From: Mustelus asterias | Taxonomy: Eukaryota | Direction of reading: 5' to 3' | Length of the DNA: 64,000 bases | Assembly: GCF_964213995.1 (NCBI RefSeq) | Contig: NW_027590198.1 | Coordinates: 1-64,000, forward strand | Part shown: positions 47,310 through 60,654 of the stretch, in pieces | Position numbering within the stretch: position 1 is the first letter of the stretch | Layout: the number at the start of each line of letters is the position of its first letter | Position numbers and translations under genes: made by a program | Notes under the pieces: generated by a model | The model's input: the letters and a program-made list of their open reading frames with translations, nothing else | Told to the model about the DNA's origin: nothing | Databases searched by the model: none

Positions 47310-49070
47310 GAGCCACAGGATGATAGTCATTAAGGCACGCTGCCTGGCTTTTCTTTGGCTACATTCACAACCTTTTGTAGTTCCTTGCGGTCTTGGGCAG
47401 AGCAGGAGTCATACCAAGCCGTGATACAACCAGAAAGAATGCTTTCTATGGTGCATCTGTAAAAGTTGGTGAGAGTCGTAGCTGACATGCCAAATTTCTT
47501 TAGTCTTCTGAGAAAGTAGAGGCATTGGTGGGCTTTCTTAACTATAATGTCAGCATGGGGGGACCAGGACAGGTTGTTGGTGATCTGGACACCTAAAAGC
47601 TTGAAGCTCTTGACCCTTTCTATTTCATCCCCATTGATGTAGACAGGGCATGTTCTCCTTTACGCTTCCTGAAGTCAACGACAATCTCTTTTGTTTTGTT
47701 GACATTGAGGTAGAGATTATTGTTGCCACACCAGTTCACCAGATTCTCTATCTCATTCCTGTACAGGTAGCAGGTAGGGACATTAGATTGTTGGAAAGAG
47801 AGGTTGAAGATGTCTGTGAATACCCTTGCCAGCTGGTCTGCGCAGGACCTGAGTGCTCATCCGGGTACCCTGTCTGGGCCAGTTGCTTTCCATGGGTTGA
47901 CTTTTGAGAAGGCTGCTCTGATGTCTGCACTGGTGACCTTGGATACATGTTCATCGGAAGCTTCTGGGATGGGGGGCGTGCTCTCGCTGACCTCTTGCTC
48001 ATAACGGGCATGGAATGTGTTGACTTCAGTGGGGAGGGGTGCATTGGAGCTGGTAATTTTGCCTGCGTTCAACTTGTAGCCTTTTATGTATTGCAGACCA
48101 TGCCATAGTCGGCAGGAGTCCATGTGGATAGCCTGGGACTCCAGCTTGGTCCGGTACTGTCTTTTGGCATCTTTGATGGATCATATCTGGTTATCTTATA
48201 TAGATGATGTGGAGATGCAGGCGTTGGACTGGAGTAGGCACGGTAAGGAGTCTCACAACACCAAGTTAAAGTGCAACAGGTTTATTTGGTAGCACAAGCT
48301 TTCGGAGTGTCACTCTTTCTTCATCTGAAGGAGTGACACTCCAAAAGCTTGTGCTACCAAATAAACCTGTTGCAATTTAACCTGCTGTTGTGAGACTTCT
48401 TACTGTCTTGTATAGGTCAGAGTCGCCTGACATGAACGCCTCAGATCTGGACTTCAGCAGACAGTGGCTCTCCCTGTTCATCCATGGTTTCCAGTTGGGA
48501 AACACGTGGATTTGCTTCTTTGGCACACAGTCTTCTACACGCTTACGAATGAGTCAGTTACTGTAGTGGTGCACTCATTCAGGCTGCTCGCAGTTTTAAA
48601 TACTGTTCAGTCTATTGACTCTAAGCAGTCCAGTAGGAGATCATCCGATTCCTCAGACCAGCATTGCACCACTTTCTTTGACAGATTCTTCTATTTCAGT
48701 TTTTGCTTTTAAGCTGGGTGCAGGAGCACAGCCGTGATTTGCCACGGTGTGGGCTGGCGATAGAGCGGTAGGTATGTTTGATATTTGTATAGCAGTGGTC
48801 TAGGATGTTTGGGCCTCTGATGGAACAGGAGATGTGTTGCTGGTATCTTAGTAGAACGCCCTTGAGCTTGGTCTGATTGAAGTTTCAGCTAAGATGAACA
48901 AGGCCTCAGGAGGTTTCGTCTCAAGACTATTTGTGGTAGTATATATTTCGTCCAGCGTGGTCTTCACGTCTGCGTGGGGTGGGAAGTAAACTGCTGTCGG
49001 GCTAAGAGGTGAACTCCCATGGAAGGTAATAGGGGTGGCATTTTAGAATCAGGAATTCTAGGTCCCGGGG
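47310..49070 (-). mobile_element. Rex1/Babar-clade LINE fragments, with a Penelope-like remnant at 48205-48405
   Basis: VTSADIRAAFSKVNPWKATGPDRVPG; homologous to 18180-18630. Confidence 0.8.
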
Positions 49071-50000
49071 TCCAATGTAATGATAATACAGTCAGTCTCT
49101 AGTGCACCATAACCAAAGTTTGGGTCTCATTTGATAGCGAGTGATTCATGGTCTATTGATACAATAGATTCCAATTCTGTTATGTGCCACTCTGCCACTT
49201 ACTATTTGACAATAACCTGCCTGTTATTTCAATTTTGCTGTATTTTACAACTGCAGCTCCTGGGACTGATTGGAATCTGGTGTAACAATAATAATCACAA
49301 AGATCGGTTCCAGTGTCTCTGAGGTCATTTTGCCTGCAGGTAATCTGACATTAAGAGAGACAAGAGGCCCAACAAACATTTGATTGTAATAGGAGGACAA
49401 GGTGTAAGTGGGCAATGATATTTTGAGGTTTCTGTGTTATGCCGAGTGTCACTGGGAGGTAAGTGGTAAAATAGGAATGCAAACATCATGGCAGAAACAT
49501 GTGTTACTGACTCTGCTTGACTGAGAGCTGTTATACTCAAGGGGAGAATAATGAGGACATGGGGAACTCCAGAGATTTCTGATATCTGTGCTTTATCTGT
49601 TTGAGGAACTGAAAATAATCAGTTCCTTCTCATGGTTATCTGCAATTCTTAAGTTACACAGACACATGGGAAACAGACCTGACAGCTCATCAAACCCAAT
49701 GTTTTGATCTTCTGTTTGAGACACATTGTGACTGAAAAGATCAAATGTTAACACCTCAGGAGAGAAACATTCAGAATGTCACAAAGATGAATGAGTTGTC
49801 CAATTAATCCCATTCACCATAACTCTGTCAATTTACCCTCTGCAAGTATTTATCCAATTCCCTTTGAAATTTACTATCAAACCTGATTCTAGCACCTGTC
49901 AGTTTGCATTCCAGATTAAATCAAATTGTGTAAAAACTTATCCTCATCACCCCCTCCAGTAATGTTGTCAATTATGTTAAATCTCTGTGTCCTCTGCTTA

Positions 50001-50162
50001 CCGACCCTCCTGCACCTGGGAAACAGTTTCTTCCTATCGACAGATCCTCCAATATCTGGGAAATAGATTGTCCCCATCGACAGACCTTCCTGCACCTGAG
50101 AAATAGATTCTCTCCATCGACAGACCCTCCTGCTTCTGGGAAACAGTTCCTCTCCATTGACA
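50001..50162. repeat. 40-bp tandem repeat, 4 copies, within an old CR1 3' fragment
   Basis: cagaccctcctgcacctgggaaa.ag.tt.tc.ccatcga units. Confidence 0.75.
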
Positions 50163-51148
50163 CTATCATAACTCGTTTGTCATTTTAAACATCTCTATTA
50201 AACCTCCCCATCCTGACCTAAGACAGAAAACCCATGTTTTTCCTGCCCTGAAGAATCATATGGACTCAAAATGTTCACTGTTTCTCTCAAACAGATGCTG
50301 CCAGACCTGCTGAGTTTTTCTGCTTTTATCCCTGTTTTTCCTTTTATAATCAATCAGAAACCCTTAAATCGGGTCGCACAGAGACTGAGAGAGATACAGA
50401 GGAGAGACAGAAAGACAGAGAAAAATTGAGAGAGATTTTAAAAAACAGAAAGTTGAGGTAGTCAAAGATAAAAGCTGAGAAACAGAGGAAACAAGCAATT
50501 CAGAGAGAATGATATAAAATCTAAGGGAGCAGGCAATCAGTTCCTGGCTATGGGGAGCAGAGGGAACTCAGTGACTGATCCACAAATACAGCTCATTATA
50601 TCCGGAATGGAGACTCTGAACAGAAATAACAGGCTCATTTGTAAATATCACCGCAACGTGATCCTGTGTGATTCTGATCCTGTGTGACTCTGCCCTGTCT
50701 CTGTGGATAGATATAAGCCGCACTGACAGATGTTCTCACCAGATTGTGGCCCCTGGATTTATTTTTTGCCCAGAAGTGAGATGTGCGGTTTGCAACCGGC
50801 AGCAGAGAAACAGGAAGTTGTATTTCCTGAAAATGAAACAGGCGACATCAGTTTGATGTTATCACAGTGAACGGTCTTCCTGTCTGTGAGGGTGAACTCA
50901 CTCTGACAGCATCAAGAACAACCACACAGATTGCTGCCGGTCTCAGCATTACATTCACCTCCATTCCCATGTTAAACAATAAACAAAGATTATTTGGGTT
51001 TTTAACAGTCAATGAATTGGGAGATGGACTGAGGGTCATCACTGGGAGAGATGAGGGGAAATTATAGAAAGGAATGAGTTTCCCCCAAAGAGGGCATTCA
51101 GAAAATGAGAGTGAGTCAGGGCCTGTCAGAGGAAGTGGGAGAGAGAAG

Positions 51149-51509
51149 TGGGGAGACAATGGCCTCGTGGTATTATCGCTAGGTGTTAATGCAGAAACTC
51201 AGCAAATTTTCTGGGGACCCAGATTCGAATACTGCCATGGCAGATGGTGGAATTTGAATTCAATTTTAAAAATCTGGAATTAAGAATCGAGTGATGACCA
51301 TGAAAATATTGTCAGAAAAACCCACCTGGTTCACTAATGTCTTTTAGGGAAGGAAATCTGCCGTCTTTACCCGGTCTGGTCTACATGTGATTCCAGGGCC
51401 ACAGCAATGTGGTTGCCTCTCAACTGCCCTCTGAACAAGGGCAACTAGGGATGGGGAATAAATGCTGGCCAGTCAGCGACACCTATTTCCCACGTATGAA
51501 TAAAAAAAA
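51149..51509 (+). mobile_element. Second SINE family copy
   Basis: Full head-to-tail match to 22811-23249. Confidence 0.8.
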
Positions 51510-51539
51510 CAGAGATTGAGTCTCTGTAAATTCGATGTT

Positions 51540-51910
51540 GTCTCAGACAGAGAAGAGAGATTGAGGGTGTTTGGTGCTTTTTTAGAGAGAGATAACCGGA
51601 GAATGAAAAAATTGAGTGAGTTTCAGCACTATCTGACATAGAAAAGTTAAATGAATGAGCGTCTGAGAGAAAGATAGAGGTTAAGTGACTTAGACAGTAT
51701 TTGAGAGAGAGGTTAAGTGAGTGAGAGAAAGGAGCGTGTTTAATTGAGTGTAGGGGTGGAAGGTAAGTGAAGTGAGTGTCTGAGAGGAGAGCGATGTTAA
51801 GTGAGTCAGTATCTGACAGAGGAGAGATATTAAGTGAGTACCTGACAGAGAAGAGAGATATTGAATATCTGACAGAGAGGTGAGATATCAAGTGAGTGAG
51901 AAGAGGTTCA
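51540..51910. repeat. GA-rich degenerate repeat
   Basis: Repeated tctgagaga/ttaagtgagt motifs. Confidence 0.6.
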
Positions 51911-52824
51911 CACAACTGAGGATCACTGAGAATAATCCAAAATAAGGAGATCACCCAGAAAACTACCAATAGGAATCTTCAGCTGAGCACATCATCCATT
52001 CTTAAAGGGACAGTTGGGGCTTGATGCTGCTCAGTTTCCAGTTAAAGGGACAGGCACAGCTTCACTCTTCTCTCTATTCTGTTTATAATGGTTAAAGGTT
52101 GATAGGAGTGAGGTTTATTTAAAAGGACAGTGTGTGGGAAGCACACAACAAAACTGGGAATTCTTGGACACGCTGCAGCTCCTTTTTATCTGGGAATCAA
52201 ATTGTTGTCTAATTGTCCCAGCAGTTAACAGGGTCCTTTGAACTCTCCAGCTGCTACTTTAATGCAGACTTCAACCAATTTATTTGAAGCCGGTTTCTGT
52301 TCAATAAACTGGCACTGACACAAACACATTAAAATATTTTAGACTTTTCTGCATTTTCAGTCTGGAAATCTAATCCTGCCGTTTCACTCTCAGTCAGGAA
52401 CAGATCCCAGTTTTGCGCCAATCTCTAATTTAGCAGCACGCTTCCAGCATTCACTGTTGTTCTTCCTGACTCTAAACACAGTTGTAAAGGAACTTCTGTT
52501 CCTGGTCTAGGAGCGCTGAAACATGGAAGGGAGCGACTGAGGTTCTTGCACATCTCAGAATTAAACCATATGGATACTTTGCTGTCGTGAAGAGAGATGA
52601 GGAAGACCAACGTGCTGTTTGTCCCTCTCTGTGACCCTGAAGGACTGCGTCCTGTTTGCCATATGATCCTCCCCCCATTGTCCTTTCTGAGCTCCAGCCT
52701 GGTGATGTGGGGTCAGGTGGGAAAGACAAAAATCTACAACAATTTTAAAAAACAAAGCTGGTATATTTCATATTTATTCAGAATATTAAACCTAACGGAT
52801 GAAGACTGTCAGAGTGAACACGAT

Positions 52825-53973
52825 TCAGACCTGGATATGATTAACAGCATCAAGAAGAGTAGAATCCAAACCTTGCAGTCGTTTGTGAACTCGCCGGTGT
52901 GTTAGCAGGTGGGATGACTGAATAAATCCCTTTCCACAGACATTACAGGTGAACGGCCTCTCCCCAGTGTGAACTCGCTGGTGTTTCAGAAGATCAGATA
53001 AATGAGAAAATCCCTTCCCACAGACAGAGCAGGTAAATGGCCTCTCCCCACTGTGAACTCTCTGATGTGTCAGCAGGTTGGATGACTGACTGAATCCCTT
53101 CCCACACGTGGAGCAGGTGAATGGCCTCTCCTCACTGTGAACTCGCTGGTGATTCAATAGGTTGGATGAACGAGTGAATCCTTTCCCACACACGGAGCAA
53201 GTGAATGGCCTCTCCTCACTGTGAACCTGCTGGTGTGTCAGGAGGTTGTATGAACGGGTGAATCTCTTCCCACATTCAGAGCAGGTGAACGGTCGATCCC
53301 CTGTATGGAGCTGCTGGTGTATCAGAAGATTGGATGAATTAATGAATCCCTTCCCACAGTCGGAGCAGGTGAAGGGTCTCTCCCCAGTGTGAATTCTCTG
53401 GTGGTTCAATAGGGCAGATGGACGGCTGAATCCCTTCCCACACACACAGCAGGTGAATGGCCTCTCCCCATTGTGAGTATATTGGTGCATTAGCAGATCC
53501 TTTTTATTTTTAAAGCTCTTCTCACAGTGGGAACAATTAAAAAGTTTGTCATCAGAGTGAACAAGTTGATGTGTCTGCAAGTGGGATGACTGAATGAATT
53601 CTTTCCCACACACAGAGCAGGTGAACGGTCTCTCCCCAGTGTGAATTCGTTGGTGTGTCAGCAGATCTTTTTTGCATTTAAAACTCTTCCCACAGTCAGA
53701 ACATGTAAACGGTTTCTCATCAGTGTGAACAAGTTGGTGTGTCACAATGTGGGATGAGCGAGTGAATCCCTTCCCACACACAGGGCAGGTGAACGGCCTC
53801 TCCCCAGTGTGAACCCGTTGGTGAGTCAGAAGATTGTATGAATGGGTGAATCCCTTCCCACAGACGGAGCAGGTGAACGGTCCCTCCCCAGTGTGACTGC
53901 GCCGATGATCTTCCAATTGTGATGGGAAACCGAATCCCTTCCCACAATCCACACATTCCCACGGTTTCTCCAT
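52825..53973 (-). CDS. C2H2 zinc-finger gene G (13 fingers), paralog of gene C
   Basis: 382-aa [13 protein letters not shown]..., nearly identical to gene C apart from two extra fingers. Confidence 0.9.
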   Translation of the reverse strand: MEKPWECVDCGKGFGFPSQLEDHRRSHTGEGPFTCSVCGKGFTHSYNLLTHQRVHTGERPFTCPVCGKGFTRSSHIVTHQLVHTDEKPFTCSDCGKSFKCKKDLLTHQRIHTGERPFTCSVCGKEFIQSSHLQTHQLVHSDDKLFNCSHCEKSFKNKKDLLMHQYTHNGERPFTCCVCGKGFSRPSALLNHQRIHTGERPFTCSDCGKGFINSSNLLIHQQLHTGDRPFTCSECGKRFTRSYNLLTHQQVHSEERPFTCSVCGKGFTRSSNLLNHQRVHSEERPFTCSTCGKGFSQSSNLLTHQRVHSGERPFTCSVCGKGFSHLSDLLKHQRVHTGERPFTCNVCGKGFIQSSHLLTHRRVHKRLQGLDSTLLDAVNHIQV

Positions 53974-54557
53974 GGTGCTGGTGTCCTTGTGCTTCTCCAG
54001 GTTGGATGATCAGTTAAAGCCTGGTCCGCACACACAACATGCATACCATTTCACCCTGCTGCGAAAAGTGTGATGTTTTTTCAGGCTGTGTAACTGGTTA
54101 AAAATCTTTCCACATTCAGTTCACTGGAACACTCTCACTCGGGTGTGTGTTTGTCCCGATGCTTTTCCGGTCACACTGATGTTAAATTTCTTTGCCCACA
54201 GGCAGAACAGACAAATATTTCTCCTTCCACATTCAAAGACCGATGATATTCAGCTCCTAAGGAACTGAATGACTTTGTCAGATGTGATGTCCGGTTTGAG
54301 TTTTCTGTCTGCCGTTCCTTCACTTCGAATATCCTGTAAAAAACATTTAGAAAAGTCATCACACTCAGAACAGGATAGAAATTCTGAACAATTCCAGTTT
54401 CTCTGGAACATTTTTTCCTTTCTTGTTCCCCCAAATCTGTAAATCCCCGTCCCACACTCTCTCCCTCCTCCCTGGGCTGAAATCCAAACCCATCTCCACC
54501 ATTTCTTTCCTCCACTCCCAGTTTTCTCCCTCCCTCTCCTCTGTCTGGGTTCAGTTC

Positions 54558-54756
54558 ATGATGTGGTATTAAGGCTTGATTAGCTGTAAGTATTCGCATT
54601 CCAACCATTATTCTGTAAATTGAGTTTGTGTCTTTATGTACCCTGTTCGTGAACAGAATTCCCACTCACCTGAAGGTGCTTAAGGCTCCGAAAGCTTGTG
54701 GCTTTTGCGACCAAATAAACCTGTTGTACTTTAACCTGGTGTTGTTAAACTTCTTA
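54558..54756 (+). mobile_element. Penelope-like terminal fragment inserted with a 13-bp direct repeat
   Basis: CTGGGTTCAGTTC at 54545-54557 and 54757-54769; single copy at the empty paralogous site 16124-16136. Confidence 0.85.
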
Positions 54757-55149
54757 CTGGGTTCAGTTCTCCAGCTGCTGTCTGCAGACTGACAATAAAA
54801 CCAATGGGTCTTATTGGGGGTGTTGGGGCCTCCAGCGGGTGTTTGTGAATCCTCCCCGCCCACCTCCCAGGGTTTCCTTCCTTCCCAGAGATCAGAGTCC
54901 TCATTGATTTGAGGCCAAAGTGTAACCTCTTATTTATTGTCCCCCTCCCCCATCCTCTGATGTGAACCATCCTCCAGTGGCTGAGCCTGGGCCTGTTCCC
55001 GGGAGGGAGGGAGAAGCCCCGCAGCTGCAAACCAGGGAGCTGACAATGATTCTGAAGGGTTTGCGGATCCACAAAGTGTTTCCAAATCCTCCCAGACACC
55101 GCCTAACGCTGACTCCGCTTCTCCGGGACAAACAAGCGCCAAGGCCAGC

Positions 55150-55635
55150 AATGACACTGCGCATGCTCCACATCACAATGCCCGGGAACTGATTGACGGC
55201 GGCTCCGGACCAATAGGAAGAGGGGGCGGGACTGGAGGACCGAGCGGGAAAGCGGCTGGTCCTCCAGCCAATCGGAGTGAATGAGGGGCGGGGCTGGAGG
55301 ACCGAGCGGGAGCGGCTGGTCCTCCAAGCAATCGGAGTGAATGAGGGGCGGGACCTGAAGCATGCGCAGTGCGGGTAATGGCGACGGACGGACGGTTTCA
55401 ACTCGGAAGCGAGATCAATACGAGGTAGAGGGCGGCGCGCGGGGAATGATAAATGTGGCGGGTGGGTGGAGAGGTTTCGTAAACATGTTGTTCAAACCCA
55501 AACCCCGGAAATGAACTTCCCGGTCCCCCACTTTGTACCAAATGGAGCGGCAGCTTGTGGTGTTAGACCCGGGCTGACTGCCGCCATTGAGGCTGCATGT
55601 GGGAGGCCGGCAGGGATTGTGATCGGAGAGTGAAG
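55150..55635. promoter_or_regulatory. CpG-rich, probably bidirectional ZNF promoter
   Basis: NRF1-like sites at about 55157 and 55360 flanking CCAAT/GC-box units; ETS-like CCGGAA and a YY1-like GCCGCCAT further right. Confidence 0.6.
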
Positions 55636-55638
55636 CCC

Positions 55639-55999
55639 TGACGTCACAATGGAATGGGTGAGAGTGTGAGGTCACAATGGAATGGGTGAGGGTGTGACGT
55701 CACAATGGAATGGGTGAGGGTGTGACGTCACAATGGAATGGGTGAGGGTGTGATGTCACAATGGAATGGGTGAAGGTGTGACGTCACAATGGAATGGGTG
55801 AGAGTGACGTCACAATGGAATGGGTGAGAGTGTGACATCACAATGGAATGGGTGAGAGTGTGATGTCACAATGGAATAGGTGAAAGTGTGACGTCACAAT
55901 GGAATGGGTGAGAGTGTGAAGTCACAATGGAATGGGTGAGAGTGTGACGTCACAATGGAATGGGTGAGAGTGTGACGTCACAATGGAATGGGTGAGGGT
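55639..55999. repeat. 28-bp minisatellite, 13 copies, each centred on a CRE
   Basis: Unit TGACGTCACAATGGAATGGGTGAGAGTG; 8 of 13 copies keep a perfect TGACGTCA. Confidence 0.95.
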
Positions 56000-56049
56000 T
56001 CCAGATGAGCTGAGACTGGGCTGGAGTCGGGCGATGGCACTGACATGTG

Positions 56050-56344
56050 ACCCGGTGGCACAGTGGTTAGTGCAGCTGCCTAACAGCGCCAGGGACCCGG
56101 GTTCAATTCCAGCCTCGGGTCGCTGTCTGTGCAGAGTTTCTACATTCTCCCCGTGTCTGTGTGGGTTTCCTCTGGGTGTTCTGGTTTCCTTCCACAGTCC
56201 AAAGATGTGCCGGTTCGACGGATTGGCCACGATAAATTGCCACTTGGTATCAGGGGGATTAACAGGGAAATATGTGGATAGGGCCTGGATGGGATTGTTG
56301 TCGGTGCAGGCTCGATGGGCTGAATGGCCTCCTTCTACACTGTA
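56050..56344 (+). mobile_element. V-SINE (HE1-like)
   Basis: Head, core and CR1-type tail. Confidence 0.85.
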
Positions 56345-56775
56345 TTTTATTATTCATTATTGTTAATTAATTACTATTAATGCTTCTATGAATGAAGGTG
56401 GTCTTGATGATGATGTGGACATGTGGCTGGAAGCTCATCTTGGGATGAACTATTTCACCCTGGTTGTGAACAGCCTGGTTCAGCCTCAGACAGTTGCCAG
56501 GAGGAGAGATAAAGTTGTTGGCGAGGGAGTGGAGTTTGTAGTGGGGACTGAACACAATGGGTTCAGTCTTCCCAGTATTTATATGAAATAAATTTCTGAT
56601 CTTTCAGTACTGGATGTCAGACAAGTCAGGATGGTGTGTGAGTTGGGGAGGAACTTGGAGCTGATGGTGTTCACAGGGTTTGGAAATTCTGTCAAAGTTC
56701 CTGTTGAGTTGTAGATGTATAAAATCTCTCCTCACCTCCGGCCTCTCCTACTTCTCTCAGTTTCCACTCAGAGTG

Positions 56776-57310
56776 TGGAGATGCCGGCGTTGGACTGGGG
56801 TAAGCACAGTAGGAAGTCTCACAACACCAGGTTAAAGTCCAGCTACCAAATAAACCACAGCAGGAGGTTTATTTGGTAGCACAAGCCACAAGCTTTTGGA
56901 GCGCAGCCCCTTCATCAGGTGAGTGGGAGTCGTGATCCCAAACAGGGAATATAAAGACACAAACTCAATTTACAAGATAATGGTTGGAATGTGAGTCTTT
57001 ACAGGTAATCAAGTCTTAAAGGTACAGACAATGTGAGTGGAGAGAGGATTAAGCACAGATTAAAGAGGTGTGTATTGTCTGCATGTGGAGATGCAGGCGT
57101 TGGACTGGAGTAAACACAGTAAGAAGTCTGACAACATCAGGTTAAAGTCCAACAGGTTTATTTGGTAGCAAACGCCACTAGCTTTCGGAGCGCTGCTCCT
57201 TCGTCAGATGAAGGACAGTTAGTGAGATTTTGCAAGCCCAGGCAAGTTGTGGGGGGTTACAGATAGTGTGACATGAACCCAAGATCCCGGTTGAGGCTGT
57301 CCTCATGTGT
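56776..57310 (-). mobile_element. Penelope-like 3' end with a second terminal copy nested at about 57085-57212
   Basis: Two gtggagatgc.ggcgttggactgg termini, THEDSLNRDLGFMSHYL peptide, hammerhead motifs at about 56888-56922 (GAAA mutated to AAAA) and 57176-57210 (core intact). Confidence 0.8.
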
Positions 57311-58142
57311 GATTGACAGATCCATGCTCACTGCTTCCTGCCCTGGATGCAAAGAGCTGAAAATACTGCGGGTGCTGGAATCTGAAACAGAAACAGAAAA
57401 TGCTGGAAATCTCAGCATCTGTGGAGAGAGAATAGAGTTAATACTTCCAGTCTGGATGATCACAGATGCTGCCAGACCTGCTGAGGTTTTCCAGCACTTC
57501 CTGTTTTTGATTAAGTGAAGGTTCAGCAGGGAACGAAGCAGCGAACTGAACACACTGAACCCAGGGGGAAGGGGTGACGCAGGATAAGGGACAAGCGCAG
57601 CTCAGTGAGGCTCTGCAAAGTCCAGCAACCCATCCACATTGAGAGCTGAGAGCGCCAAGGGGGAGGGGAAGGAGAAACTATTTGGGGCACAGCAGGAGGT
57701 CACCCCCCCCCCCCCCCCCCCCCCCACTCTGTGGTTCCACCGACCTCCCACACCTGGACAGGGTTGGCTCAAGGTGCAGGAAGCTGCAAGCTGAGAGGCT
57801 GAGCTGTGAACTGGGCCAGGTTGGGGGTTTGAGTGATAGTCCTGGGGTTATATCAGGACAGGAACAGCCACAGATTCCCCCTTTTTCCTGGGACGTTTCA
57901 CTGGAGCTGTGTTGGTGAGTGTTTGTATTCTCTGTCTCACTGTCTCGGTAATGGGGGTGGGTTGTAGATTGCTGTGAGTGTTAGACTAAATAACCTCTCC
58001 TCATGCTGCCAGTTCCAGTCTGCAGACTCCATTTCTCAGTCCAGTCTGCTGCTCTGTCTCTGTCTCTCTGTACTTTGCTGCAGTGCTCCACATTCTGAGC
58101 AACATCCATTGTTATCACCCAAAATTTGCAGCAAACTTCCTT

Positions 58143-58413
58143 CACTGTGGCACAGTGGTTCGCACTGCTGCCTCACTGAGTCTGGGTTCGATTCCAGCGG
58201 TGGGTGACTGTCTCTGTGGAGTTTGCACAGTAAGGGTACAGAATATATTGTTGCGGTTGTAGGCAGGGTGAAGAAAAAGGTCAGGGTGGGGATTAGCAGA
58301 GTAAGTGCGTGGGGTTACTGGGATAGGAGGTGAGCCTGGGAAAGATGCTCTCAGAGTCAGTAGAGACTCGATGGGTAAAATGGCCTCTTTCTGCACTGTA
58401 AGGATTCTATGAT
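58143..58413 (+). mobile_element. V-SINE (HE1-like), internally rearranged
   Basis: Head and CR1-type tail recognisable. Confidence 0.7.
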
Positions 58414-58832
58414 TAGTGAATTACGGTGAGCAACTTTGAATAGAGGCATTTCTGGGGCGCAGAGCATTGTGGGAAATGTGACCGCCATTAGTCAGTGCCC
58501 GACTCCAGATGTTTCATTATAGACTGAGGGCAAGTCAGCAACCTGAGTCCTCAATAATGTTTGTAACTCTCACAGGCTGCCTAGTCTGCTGAATATCTCG
58601 ATGATCCTCAGTTCCTGGCCTCCTGCGTGTTTTTTTTTATTGTTGCTTCGGTCTGGACTCTATTCATCACCTGTCTCTGTGGGTTTTCTCTCAATCCCCT
58701 TTTTTCTGTTTTGAATCAGTTTCCCAGGGACTAGAAGGGGACGATTTGCAGTCAGGAAACTGAAAGTAAATATCATATCAGGAACTGCCAGTCGTCTAAT
58801 TTATCATAACTGAATCTCAGTGGATTTTGAAC

Positions 58833-59702
58833 ATGGAAGGAAAAAGCACTATTCACAGTGGGGAGAAACCGTACACGGGTTCTGTGTGTGGACGAGGCTT
58901 CAGCCGATCCTCTGGCCTGTCAAAACGTAAGTGCAGTCACTCCATGGAAAAACTGTGGAAATGTGTGAACTGTGGGAAGGAATTTAATTCCCCATCCCAG
59001 CTGGAAACTCATCAGCGCAGTCACACTGGGGAGAGGCCGTTCACCTGCTCTGAGTGTGGGAAGGGATTCACTCAGTCATCCCACCTACTTACTCATCAGC
59101 GAGTTCACACGTTTGAGAGACCTTTTAAATGCTCAGACTGTGGGAAGTGCTTCAAAAGTTCTTGGGAACTGATGTCCCATCAACGTGTTCACACTGATGA
59201 GAGACCATTCAGGTGCTCCCACTGTGGGACTGGGTTCCAGCATTCACATAACCTCACTGTACACCAGCGAATTCACACTGGGGAGAGACCATTCACCTGC
59301 TCCTACTGTGGGAAGGGATTCACTCGGTCATCCCACCTATTGACACACCAGCGAGTTCACACCGGGGAGAGACCTTTTAAATGCTCTGACTGTGAGAAGT
59401 GCTATAAAAGTTCTGGTGAACTGACTTCCCATCAACGTGTTCACACTGATGAGAGACCGTTCAGGTGCTCTCACTGTGGGACTGGGTTCAGGCGATCATA
59501 TGATCTCATTCTACACCAGCGCACCCACACTGGGGAAAAGCCATTCACCTGCTCTGAATGTGGGAAGGGATTCATTCAGTCCTCCACCCTGCTGAGACAC
59601 AAGCGAGCTCACACTGGGGAGAGGCCATTCAGCTGCTCTGAGAGTGGGAAGAGATTCACTCGGTCATCCTACCTGCTTAGACACCAAAGAATTCACGAGT
59701 AA
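58833..59702 (+). CDS. C2H2 zinc-finger gene H (8 intact fingers plus degenerate terminal ones)
   Basis: [17 protein letters not shown]...[10 protein letters not shown]...; AATAAA at about 59814. Confidence 0.88.
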   Translation: MEGKSTIHSGEKPYTGSVCGRGFSRSSGLSKRKCSHSMEKLWKCVNCGKEFNSPSQLETHQRSHTGERPFTCSECGKGFTQSSHLLTHQRVHTFERPFKCSDCGKCFKSSWELMSHQRVHTDERPFRCSHCGTGFQHSHNLTVHQRIHTGERPFTCSYCGKGFTRSSHLLTHQRVHTGERPFKCSDCEKCYKSSGELTSHQRVHTDERPFRCSHCGTGFRRSYDLILHQRTHTGEKPFTCSECGKGFIQSSTLLRHKRAHTGERPFSCSESGKRFTRSSYLLRHQRIHE

Positions 59703-60654
59703 CCACAGTGATTGGAATCTGCTGCTAATCCTATCCAGGACTGTAATATGTTCATTGCGTTTGTTTTTGTTGATGTTAATGAACTCCAGCCAGTTATACG
59801 GTTTAATATTCTGAATAAAAGTCAAATAAATTATCTTTGTGTTCAGTACTGTGAATCTTTTTAATATCATCAGCACAACTGAATTCCTTTTGAGTTGCTC
59901 TCCCATTGTCCCTCTCCCATCTTCACCTCCCCGCAAGTGCTCATTGGGAATAAAACTCACAATCTTCTTTGTCACTAAGTTTGAGACAATCCAATCAGCT
60001 GCCTCTCCTGCTTCCCTCCTTCCGCTAACCCACTGGAACAAACCTCCTCTAACGCTGCCCTTTATCTGAGCTCTGAACTCTCATCTTTCTGCAGTTTCTC
60101 TCCTACCTCCCCTCATGTCCTCTTAGAGCTCATCTTGCCCATGAGACCCATCTCTTGATCCCTCAATCCTTTTCCCAATGTCCTACTGACAGCACAACTT
60201 CTCCATATCAGCTGATATTGCCAATATCTTCCTCTCCTTCAAATCCGATATCATCACCCACTTCTCATTAAAATATCTTTGACACATGCCCTTGTGAACT
60301 ACCATCCCACCTCCCTTTCCTCTCGAAAGTCCTTGAATGTTTTACCTTCCACATATTGTAACTTGTTTTCCCTTTATCATTGTGTATAGTAAAGTTTATT
60401 TTGTTTGTGCAGAATCTGTGGAATCTTTTGCCTTTATTCACTTGTTAAGTGTCTTGAATCTCCACCTTTGTCAATTTTATACAAACTCACCCAAATCTAA
60501 AAACTATTTTGTGGGAATTGGGGGAATAGAACAGAAGATGGGTTTCTGCTGCTAAGTTACAATCCCAGCTGATGTTACTTCTGGACTTCTGGACAGGAAG
60601 GTCCCAGAATAAAATCCTGGCTCAATTGACCATCACTTTTACCTTTTTGTTTTA

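Larger units (their letters stand above)
52191..55352. repeat. Segmental duplication unit, copy 2
   Basis: Direct repeat of 13932-16775 with 168 bp of extra fingers and a 199-bp Penelope-like insertion. Confidence 0.9.

Noticed and set aside
52126-52156. GACAGTG + 12 bp + ACAACAAAA near the second duplication boundary
   Set aside because: Lacks the essential CAC of the heptamer and the nonamer is poor.
49100-52190. Splice-like signals and short ORFs downstream of gene G, checked for further V, J or C exons
   Set aside because: No Ig-domain Cys/Trp pattern, FGxG motif or RSS found in the frames examined.
55639-55999. Regular repeat as a CRISPR array, or CACAATG as RSS heptamers
   Set aside because: Head-to-tail units with no unique spacers, eukaryotic context, and no nonamers.
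58143-58157. CACTGTG-G-CACAGTG resembling a signal joint or tiny D segment
   Set aside because: It is the V-SINE head (cacggtggcacagtgg) with one substitution; no nonamer at 12 or 23 bp on either side.
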